DNA of 64,000 bases from an uncultured Candidatus Saccharibacteria bacterium (GTDB taxonomy: Bacteria; Patescibacteriota; Minisyncoccia; Phycocordibacterales; Phycocordibacteraceae). The stretch's first letter is position 1. Every line of letters starts with the position of its first letter. Of this stretch, positions 59,101-64,000 are shown in pieces. The DNA lies in the NCBI GenBank assembly GCA_964398815.1, contig CAYNNZ010000003.1:6676-70675 (forward strand). Direction: 5' to 3'. The notes beneath the pieces are model-generated. The model saw only the letters and a program-made list of their open reading frames with translations, was not told the origin of the DNA and searched no databases. The position numbers were made by a program, and so were the translations under genes.

Positions 59101-62100
59101 ATTCAACACGAGCCCTGACGCGACGCTCGGTCTAGCGGAGCGCCTACGCATTACAAATGTGGGGGATGTGGGCGTAGGCACAAACACTCCAAGTGCGCGC
59201 CTCTCTGTGCAGGGTAATGGTCTCTTCTCAGGCAATCTTGCTGCCGCAGGACTCACGGCTACTGGCACCGTCGCTTTCACGAATCTCTCCTCGGGCCTCG
59301 TAGGCTCAAACAACGGAACGCTCTACTCGCTTGCCACCTCGACCAGTTTCGTAACGAGCGTTGTTGCTGGAACCGGCATTAATGTCTCGGGTGCGACTGG
59401 CGCAGTCACTATTTCAAATAGCGGACTACTTTCACTCCAGCAGTTGGGTGGCGGTTCTGCTCAGACCGGAGCAATCACGTTTGCCACTTCGTCTGTCACG
59501 AACAACGGCGTCACCATCGGCCTCAACATCACCAATTCCGCTGGTGCCTTCACGTTCACCCCAACGCGCTCGGGTACGCTCACGGTTGCAGGAGGGGGCA
59601 CGGGTGCAGCGTCATTCACTGCCGGACAAATTCTCTATGGTAATGGCACCAATGCACTCTCCTCAGTTGGCACAACGACGGAAACCCTCTCCTCTGAATT
59701 TGCATACTCCGGAACCCTCGGTGCACTCGTGGGTGGTTCTTCTGGCACACTCTCACTTGCCACCAACGGCGTCGCACTCAACAAGCTCGTTCAGGTAGGA
59801 GCAAACACCATTCTGGGCAACAACACTGGTGCGACCGGAAACGTCGTGGCGTTTGCAACCTCAACACTCTTTGGTACGGGAGTGGGTGGGCAGGTGCTCG
59901 CTATCGTCAACGGGGTACCGAACTGGGTTGCCACCTCCTCAATCAACAATGGGGTATCAAGCATCCAGCAGCTTGGTGGTGGCTCTGCTCAGACTGGTGC
60001 CATCACCTTCGCTACTTCGTCTGTCACGAACAACGGCGTGACGATTGGTCTCAACATCACGAACTCGGGCGGTGCCTTCACCTTCACTCCAACGCGCTCG
60101 GGTACGCTCACGGTCGCCGGTGGCGGTACTGGATTCGCTTCCTACACGCCTGGCGACATCCTCTACGCCGACACCGCAACCTCATTCGCAAAGGTCTCTT
60201 CAACCACTGATGGGTTTGTCCTCGCGCTCGCAAATGGCAAACCGACCTGGGTCGCATCCACGACGCTCTCGACCATCACCGGTACGCTCGGTGTCACCAA
60301 GGGCGGTACAGGCCTTACTTCAATCGCATCGTCCTCGCTCCTCATCGGTGGACCAGGTAATACCTTCATCGGTTATGCGACCTCATCGCTCGGCATCGCG
60401 CTTACCGACACCACTGGTACGCTCTCAATTGCTCGTGGCGGCACCGGCACCACTACTGCACCAGCAGGCCAAATCCTCTACGGCGGTGGGGCAGGTGTGT
60501 ATCAATCGGTCGCAACCGGCACAGTCGCAGGCGGTACGAACATCAGTGTGACCGCAGGGCAGTCGGTCATTGGTTCTGGACTCACCATCGGTATCACGGG
60601 GCAGATAGGAGTGGGGAATGGAGGCACCGGTGTTGGCAGTTTCACTGCTGGACAGATTCTCTACGGTAATGGTACGAACGCACTCACGTCTGTCGCGACG
60701 ACTTCCATCGCTGTCTCCGGCGCATTCAACTATTCAGGAACGCTTGGGGCTCTCGTAGGCGGCACAGGCGGCACCCTCTCCCTCGCAACTAACGGTGTCG
60801 CACTCACCAACATCGCGCAGATTGCAGCCAACTCGATTCTCGCGAATGGTACTGGCGCAACCGGCAACGTCACTGCACTCGCAACCTCTTCTCTCGGCAT
60901 CGCACTCACTGACACCACGGGCACTCTTGCCGTAAACCGTGGCGGCACTGGATTCGCCTCGTACACGCCGGGTGACCTGCTCTACGCAAATTCCGGAACG
61001 ACCTTCGCCAAGGTTTCTTCTTCCACTGATGGCTTCGTGCTTGGCCTCGCAAATGGCAAGCCGACCTGGGTCGCAACCTCTACTCTCGCCACCATCAGCG
61101 GCTCCCTTAATCTCGGTTCACAAGTAACGGGCACCCTTGGCGTTACTAACGGCGGCACCGGTTCCACCACGCTCTCCGGCATCCTCCGTGGCAACGGCAC
61201 TGGCCAAGTCAGTACCCTCATCGTCGGCTCCGGCCTCACCTTCGATGGCACCACGCTCGCAACCAGCGGCTCCGGCATCACCTCCATCGGTGCAGCAGGG
61301 CAGCTCCAGTCAGGGGGTACTCAGACCTTCGCAACCTCAACTGGCTCATTCAATGGACTCACGCTCGGCATGACCATCGTATCGAACTCGAATACGCACA
61401 CGTTTACTCCATCCATCTCCGGCACGCTCGGGGTCGCGGGCGGAGGAACCGGGGTAGGTACCTTCACTGGTGGTCAGCTTATTTATGGAAATGGCACAAA
61501 CGCTCTCACGTCTGTCGCAACCTCATCTCTCGCAGTCTCAGGCGCCTTCTCGTACTCAGGCACGCTCGGCGCTCTCGTTGGAGGAGCAGGTGGCACCCTC
61601 TCACTCGCCACCAACGGTGTTGCGCTCACGAACCTCGCTCAGATTGCAGCAAACACCATCCTCGCGAATCCGACGGGTGCAACTGGTAACGTGCAGGCAG
61701 TTGCAACCTCAACCCTCTACGGCACTGGGGCAGGCGGACAGGTGCTCACCTGGAATAACGGCGCACCGCAGTGGGTCGCAACCACCACATACTCGGGAGG
61801 AAGTGGTATCAGCACATCGTTTGCAGCAGGGAACCTGACCATCACGAACACTGGTCTCCTCTCACTCCAGCAGTTGGGTGGCGGTTCTGCACAGACCGGT
61901 GCAATCACGTTCGCAACGTCGTCGCAGACCACGAACGGTCAGACGATTGGGCTTAATATCACGAACACTGGCGGTGCCTTCACCTTCAGTCCAACCATCT
62001 CTGGTGTGCAGACCGTCGCAGGCGGCGGCACCGGCGTTGGTTCCTTCACCGCCGGACAGCTCATATACGGAAACGGAACGAACAATCTGACTTCAGTCGG

Positions 62101-64000
62101 CACCACGACGGAGACCCTCTCCTCTGAGTTCTCATACTCTGGCACCCTCGGTGCACTGGTCGGTGGTTCTTCCGGCACACTCTCACTCGCAACCAACGGT
62201 GTCGCACTCAACAAGCTCGTACAGGTCGGAGCAAACACCATTCTGGGCAACAACACGGGTGCAACTGGAAACGTGGTTGCCTTCGCAACTTCAACACTCT
62301 TCGGTACCGGCACTGGAGGACAGGTCCTCGCTATCTCAAACGGTGTTCCGACTTGGATTGCATCCACCACCTACGCAAACGGCTCAGGCATCTCGACCTC
62401 GTTCGCGGCAGGACAGCTCACGATTACAAACACTGGTGTCACTGCAGTAGGTCCGACCGGTCAATCAATTACTGGAGGTGTGGTGGTCGCATCCTCCACC
62501 TCAACGACTAACGGCATCACGTCGGCAATCACGGTTGTTGGCTCTGGCCAAAATCTGACCTTCACACCTTCGCAGTCCGGCACGCTCACAGTCGGAGGTG
62601 GGGGAACGGGACAGACGTCGCTTGCTTCAGGTCAGCTTATCTATGGTGCAGGCACCGCGGGTGTTCAGTCAGTTGCAACCTCATCTCTCGCAGTCTCAGG
62701 CGCCTTCTCGTACTCAGGCACGCTCGGTGCACTCGTCGGAGGAGCTGGCGGCACCCTCTCGCTTGCCACCAACGGTGTTGCGCTCACCAACATCGCGCAG
62801 ATTGCGGCGAACTCAGTCCTCGTGAACAACACCTCTGCTACGGGCAACGTGACTGCAATCGCCACCTCCACCTTCTTCGGAGTCGGCACCGGCGGTCAGG
62901 TACTCGCTATCGTCAACGGCGTACCGAACTGGGTTGCTACCTCCTCAATCAACAATGGGGTATCAAGCATCCAGCAGCTTGGTGGTGGCTCTGCTCAGAC
63001 GGGTGCCATCACGTTTGCCACTTCGTCCGCAACTCTGAACGGCCAAACTCATGGCCTCAACATCACGAACTCTGGCGCAGCCTTCACCTTCACACCGACG
63101 CTCTCCGGCACGCTTACGGTCGGAGGTGGCGGTACTGGATTCGCTTCATACACCCCAGGCGACATTCTTTACGCCGACACCGCAACCTCATTCGCAAAGG
63201 TCTCCTCAACGACCGACGGTTTCGTACTCGCTCTCGCAAATGGCAAACCAACCTGGGTCGCTTCCACGACACTCTCGACCATCACCGGCACGCTCGGCGT
63301 AACGAAGGGTGGTACGGGTCTCACTTCAATCGCATCTTCCTCACTCCTTATTGGTGGACCAGGCAACACGATCATCGGCTACGCGACCTCATCGCTCGGC
63401 ATCGCCCTTACCGACACCACTGGGACACTCGGTGCAACTCGCGGAGGCACCGGTCTTACGACCATTGCATCCTCCTCCATCCTCATTGGAGGAGCAGGGA
63501 ACACATGGCTCCAGTACGCAACGTCCTCCCTCGGTATTAATCTCTCTGACACGGTCGGAACACTCACGGTTGGTCGTGGCGGCACCGGCGTCGGTTCCTT
63601 CACCGCCGGCCAGCTCATCTATGGCAACGGCACCAACAACCTGACATCGGTCAGTACTTCATCTCTCGCCGTCTCTGGCGCCTTCTCGTACTCAGGCACC
63701 CTTGGCGCTCTCGTCGGAGGTTCTGGTGGCACCCTCTCCCTCGCCACCAACGGTGTTGCGCTCACGAATATCGCGCAAATCGCAGCGAATTCGGTACTTG
63801 TGAACAACACCAGCGGTACGGGCAACGTGACCGCAATCGCTACCTCCACATTCTTCGGCGCAGGAACCGGTGGCCAGGTGCTCACCTGGAACAACGGCGT
63901 ACCGCAATGGGTCGCAACCACCACCTACGCAAACGGCTCCGGCATCTCGACCGCGTTTGCTGCAGGGCAGTTGACCATCACCAACACCGGCCTCCTCTCA
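50183..64000 (+). CDS. 5' part (at least 4,606 codons, no stop in the window) of a giant repetitive Gly/Thr/Ser-rich surface protein gene: HTH-like N-terminus, one TM, modular repeats, central tail-fibre/YadA-head-like region
   Basis: Manual translation from ATG 50183 (in-frame TAA at 50156-50158 upstream) to base 64000 is open throughout. It is not in the ORF track because it lacks a stop inside the window. Recurrent modules include GTLTVAGGGTG..SFTAGQLIYGNGTN.LTSV, GTLGALVGGSSGTLSLATNGVALNKLVQVGANTILGNNTGATGNVVAFATS, GQVLTWNNG.PQWVATTTY and FASYTPGDILYADTAT…GKPTWVA. Confidence 0.8.
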   Translation, partial: MPPSLDTNFIPNREASETSGYHQDYLARLCREGKVEGVQVGRAWHINRHSLLKFIREQEVRKHELAEQLSRTRKQTLAQAAPVFTAPLVTVEAPAPATPVVPSPYSPTPSGIWFYRSATGVAVLLLILTNLHPISTQFALDGALNREAARLGGAFGFGHDLALVPATSTAQMSPRTMAYGNTSQAIYQQFYVNGASTEYVNAYVAAYVSSALKDIVAKVGAQVLDGRGVSHATSGSTNSVAVDLTNISGSTITNSTFSGSVNATTVNVATLTVSGTATFATTSTSGPATFTGTTTISGPLVIGGLNGVTECLHVDANGVVSGTGIDCGSGGGGLTGLKGQYSSLQTGAIQTFATSSDTNIGLTITSAGDVHTFTPTWIGTLGVNRGGTGLATPPTYGQLLLGNGGGGYALAATSTLGISSSDITEGSKLFYTDGRVATYLNTVAKEYFFATTSADFWQSQRDLFSTSSAAYFLAQNQGNAFSSTSASYFLTQNQGAAFSTTSANHWLTTKSTSNLAEGSNLYFTDARVQTYLDTISKGYFYSTTSSDHWLTTKTTDNLAQGSTNKYYNDSLVNTFVGASSTIAKTFTTNVFTALNSFTGGLAIGALNGPLQVNNGVVSATTSIGVLYGGTGSTTLTGLLKGNGTSQVLTAVAGTDYQAPITLTTTGTSGAATFIGNTLNIPQYSGTTYTGTYPVQVSGSVISLAFGTSTSNTWGGTQTFTNTPVLGTLSGLVGANNGALYQVATTTLYGTGAGGQVLTWNNGAPQWVATTTYSAGSGISTSFAAGNLTISNTGVLAIGPTGQTQTGTVTVASSTAGTDFTVTASAGTITFNLPTASASNRGLLSSTDWTTFTNKQAALTFTYPLVNSANTVSLAFGTTTTNAWSSLQTFNGGFIAQGSTTIAGDLTVSGNATTTNATTTNLYVSTSIRGGGLTSCSFSSDKLLYNSTTGQFSCGADAGAGGGITALKGQYSSAQTGSTQTFATSSDTNLGLTITSAGDTHTFTPVWIGTLAVNRGGTGQSSFTSGQLIYGNGTNALTSVGTTSETLSAEFAFSGTLGALVGGTSGTLSLATNGVAYSKLAQAAANTILGNPTGATGNIVAFATSSLGIALADTTGTLTVARGGTGTTTAPAGQIIYGGGAGVYQSAATGTVAAGSGVSVTAGQSVIGAGLTITNTGVLAVGPVGQTTSGTALFATSTAGTDFTITGAGSTITFNLPTASGSARGLLSSSDWTTFNNKQAALTFTYPLVNTGNTVSIAFGTTTSNTWAGTQTFTNAPVLSSLSGVIYGNNGTLATAATSSIAVSGAFNYSGTLGTFVGGTNGTLSLATNGVALTNLAQIAANSVLVNNTSATGNVTTIATSTFFGLGNGGQVLTWNNGVPQWVATTTYAAGTGISTSFAAGQLTITNTGITSLQQTGGGSAQTGAITFATSSVTNNGVTIGLNVTNVGGAFTFTPTRSGTLTAAGGGTGFASYTPGDILYADTATTFARAASSTDGFVLALANGKPTWVATTTLSTISGTLGVTKGGTGLTSIASSSLLIGGPGNTFIGYATSSLGIALSDTTGTLTIVRGGTGTTTAPVGQLIYGGATSYQSVATGTVASGSGISVTAGQAIIGSGLTITNTGLLSLQQLGGGSAQTGAVTFATSSQTTNGQTIGLNITNTAGAFTFAPTIGGTLTVAGGGTGQTSFTAGQILYGNGTNGLTSVGTTSETLSSEFSYSGTLGALVGGSSGTLSLATNGVALNKLVQVGANTILGNNTGATGNVVAFATSTLFGTGTNGFVLAVVNGIPTWTATSSINNGVSSIQQTGGGTAQTGAITFATSSVTNNGVTIGLNITNTGSAFTFAPTRSGTLTVAGGGTGVGSFTAGQLIYGNGTNNLTSVATTTIAVSGAFNYSGTLGALVGGTGGTLSLATNGVALTNIAQIAANSILANGTGATGNVTALATSSLGIALSDTTGTLLAARGGTGFASYTPGDILYADTAASLARVASSTDGFILGLANGKPTWVATTTLSSITGTLVIAKGGTGTTTAPSGQILYGGGAGVYQSAATGTVAAGSGVSVTAGQSIIGSGLTITNTGVTSIQQSSGSAQTGAITLATSSAVSFNGLTFTNSITNSSGTFTFTPALSGTLTVAGGGTGVSSFTAGQLVYGNGTNNLTSVATSSQTLSAEFSDTGTFGALVGGTSGTLSLATNGVAYSKLAQAAANTILGNPTGATGNLQAFATSSLGIALADTTGTLSVARGGTGSTTLSGILRGNGTGQVSTLIVGSGLTFDGTTLATSGSGITSIGAAGQLQSGGTQTFATSTGSFNGLTLGMTVVSSANTHTFTPSITGTLGVAGGGTGAASFTAGALVYGAGTGALQTVGTSTETLSSEFAYSGTLGALVGGSSGTLSLATNGVALNKLVQVGANTILGNNTGATGNVVAFATSTLFGTGVGGQVLTWSNGVPRFVATTTFSAPLAFANGNVTITQAGTGADGYLSSTDFATFNNKVSSTSLSATYPLAYNSATGVFTTAFGTTTSNTWAGTQTFTNTIKVGSLTGFIAGNAGTLYQIASSSLNLPTSALASQNVSQFTNDAGYLTPTWTTTIDAANNTLNNVNMLTFYNGATRLLNVTDVYNKQGLRIADGFSPTNRADLFPYYRDGGAAFQAGDILVASSSGAYYAAATSTLGFESALTFSSPLTRTGNTVGIQVANGSQNGYLSSSDWTTFSSKLSAYDAWSHPSAGVSATTSGLIITASSTIGNGSPAGGLTIAGNSTTTGIAIASAFAGNGTNNSLLTQNGIEVAVIDTSATTIALGLYNNSSSGANSSAVGLNNNASGGSYNSAFGFGNTSSGYLSSAFGSQNVASNNTSGAFGASNNVSGVQAYAFGYAITNAIDNTVMIGPSDAAKVTIRNTGKVGIGTTTPTAQLEVENDTNALALLLTVRNNYGTTGSAGSRIGFGVHRDIDPTALGASIDAINKAGVNNGDIAQGADLVFNTSPDATLGLAERLRITNVGDVGVGTNTPSARLSVQGNGLFSGNLAAAGLTATGTVAFTNLSSGLVGSNNGTLYSLATSTSFVTSVVAGTGINVSGATGAVTISNSGLLSLQQLGGGSAQTGAITFATSSVTNNGVTIGLNITNSAGAFTFTPTRSGTLTVAGGGTGAASFTAGQILYGNGTNALSSVGTTTETLSSEFAYSGTLGALVGGSSGTLSLATNGVALNKLVQVGANTILGNNTGATGNVVAFATSTLFGTGVGGQVLAIVNGVPNWVATSSINNGVSSIQQLGGGSAQTGAITFATSSVTNNGVTIGLNITNSGGAFTFTPTRSGTLTVAGGGTGFASYTPGDILYADTATSFAKVSSTTDGFVLALANGKPTWVASTTLSTITGTLGVTKGGTGLTSIASSSLLIGGPGNTFIGYATSSLGIALTDTTGTLSIARGGTGTTTAPAGQILYGGGAGVYQSVATGTVAGGTNISVTAGQSVIGSGLTIGITGQIGVGNGGTGVGSFTAGQILYGNGTNALTSVATTSIAVSGAFNYSGTLGALVGGTGGTLSLATNGVALTNIAQIAANSILANGTGATGNVTALATSSLGIALTDTTGTLAVNRGGTGFASYTPGDLLYANSGTTFAKVSSSTDGFVLGLANGKPTWVATSTLATISGSLNLGSQVTGTLGVTNGGTGSTTLSGILRGNGTGQVSTLIVGSGLTFDGTTLATSGSGITSIGAAGQLQSGGTQTFATSTGSFNGLTLGMTIVSNSNTHTFTPSISGTLGVAGGGTGVGTFTGGQLIYGNGTNALTSVATSSLAVSGAFSYSGTLGALVGGAGGTLSLATNGVALTNLAQIAANTILANPTGATGNVQAVATSTLYGTGAGGQVLTWNNGAPQWVATTTYSGGSGISTSFAAGNLTITNTGLLSLQQLGGGSAQTGAITFATSSQTTNGQTIGLNITNTGGAFTFSPTISGVQTVAGGGTGVGSFTAGQLIYGNGTNNLTSVGTTTETLSSEFSYSGTLGALVGGSSGTLSLATNGVALNKLVQVGANTILGNNTGATGNVVAFATSTLFGTGTGGQVLAISNGVPTWIASTTYANGSGISTSFAAGQLTITNTGVTAVGPTGQSITGGVVVASSTSTTNGITSAITVVGSGQNLTFTPSQSGTLTVGGGGTGQTSLASGQLIYGAGTAGVQSVATSSLAVSGAFSYSGTLGALVGGAGGTLSLATNGVALTNIAQIAANSVLVNNTSATGNVTAIATSTFFGVGTGGQVLAIVNGVPNWVATSSINNGVSSIQQLGGGSAQTGAITFATSSATLNGQTHGLNITNSGAAFTFTPTLSGTLTVGGGGTGFASYTPGDILYADTATSFAKVSSTTDGFVLALANGKPTWVASTTLSTITGTLGVTKGGTGLTSIASSSLLIGGPGNTIIGYATSSLGIALTDTTGTLGATRGGTGLTTIASSSILIGGAGNTWLQYATSSLGINLSDTVGTLTVGRGGTGVGSFTAGQLIYGNGTNNLTSVSTSSLAVSGAFSYSGTLGALVGGSGGTLSLATNGVALTNIAQIAANSVLVNNTSGTGNVTAIATSTFFGAGTGGQVLTWNNGVPQWVATTTYANGSGISTAFAAGQLTITNTGLLS
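53586..53674 (+). repeat. 89-nt perfect repeat (copy 2 at 56289-56377)
   Basis: tctatggcggtggggcaggcgtgtatcagtcagctgcgaccggtaccgttgctgcaggcagtggtgtaagcgtcacggcggggcagtcg is identical in both copies. Confidence 0.8.
56903..57093 (+). repeat. 191-nt perfect intragenic direct repeat, copy 1 (copy 2 at 61151-61341)
   Basis: Base-for-base identical stretch ggcggcaccggttccaccacgctctccggc…ttcgcaacctcaac at offset 4,248 nt; it encodes an identical about 63-aa module (GGTGSTTLSGILRGNGTGQVSTLIVGSGLTFDGTTLATSGSGITSIGAAGQLQSGGTQTFATST). Confidence 0.85.
57416..57498 (+). repeat. 83-nt perfect repeat (copy 2 at 59816-59898) embedded in about 220 nt of about 90% identity
   Basis: ggcaacaacactggtgcgaccggaaacgtcgtggcgtttgcaacctcaacactctttggtacgggagtgggtgggcaggtgct is identical at an offset of exactly 2,400 nt. 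Confidence 0.85.
61151..61341 (+). repeat. 191-nt perfect intragenic direct repeat, copy 2
   Basis: See copy 1 (56903-57093). Confidence 0.85.

Noticed and set aside
50552-63924. Dozens of 60-190-aa ORFs on the minus strand and in other plus frames (e.g. 50800-51186, 52495-52923, 53611-54036, 57461-58036, 61939-62370, 54498-54995)
   Set aside because: All lie inside the single long sense frame starting at 50183. Their products are low-complexity P/V/A-rich or R/S-rich, as expected from alternate frames of Gly/Thr/Ala codon repeats.
50183-64000. Possibility that the periodic repeats are a CRISPR array or satellite DNA
   Set aside because: Repeat units are long (150-800 nt), imperfect and variable in spacing. 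They maintain one continuous protein reading frame with conserved amino-acid motifs and no uniform short direct repeats or spacers. No cas genes are present.

Overview
The window reads as a compact bacterial genome of about 55-58% GC. Gene overlaps are frequent (ATGA, TAATG and 11-nt overlaps), Shine-Dalgarno motifs are almost absent, the 16S rRNA is divergent and not linked to a 23S, and the sugar-modification content is large. This overall look resembles CPR/Patescibacteria-type genomes; that is an inference, not a database result.

Contents in order:
- 371-5287: housekeeping genes folD, secD, secF, two tandem P-loop kinase paralogs, and an archaeal-type UMP kinase.
- 5468-6598: a single GC-rich gene (~65% GC) that carries a canonical SD, followed by a terminator.
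- 6673-9018: a promoter, a complete but atypical 16S rRNA (~6859-8320), two long covarying hairpins, a terminator, and tRNA-Ile(GAU). No 23S or 5S follows.
- 9395-15255: a PrcB_C-like secreted protein, murD, murC, rsmI, and a HerA/TraG-like P-loop ATPase with an R/D/P-rich tail.
- 15423-42116: a glycan biosynthesis locus of about 27 kb. It holds 7 GT4 glycosyltransferases, a GT2 Dpm1-like enzyme, a GT47-like protein, a putative GT-C membrane transferase, Wzx, an O-antigen-ligase-like Wzy-TPR protein, GtrA, nucleotide-sugar enzymes (UDP-Glc dehydrogenase, UDP-GlcA epimerase, Gmd, DegT aminotransferase, FdtA-like cupin, C-methyltransferase, a nucleotidyltransferase-cupin fusion) and four methyltransferases. 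It is interrupted by a GC-rich, SD-bearing two-gene insert on the opposite strand (31640-33273).
- 42116-48596: murB, a 215-nt AT-rich spacer, an unlisted 37-aa Lys-rich protein gene with a strong terminator, then secA, obg and gatB.
- 48680-49570: a single-pass membrane protein with an N-terminal excisionase-like HTH.
- 50183 to the window end: one uninterrupted reading frame of at least 4,606 codons. It is absent from the supplied ORF track because it has no stop in the window. It encodes the same HTH-like N-terminus, one TM helix and thousands of residues of Gly/Thr/Ser-rich modular repeats. A central non-repeat segment has tail-fibre/YadA-head-like motifs, and there are several perfect intragenic DNA repeats of 83-191 nt.

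This giant surface-protein gene and the adjacent glycosylation machinery are the most notable content.
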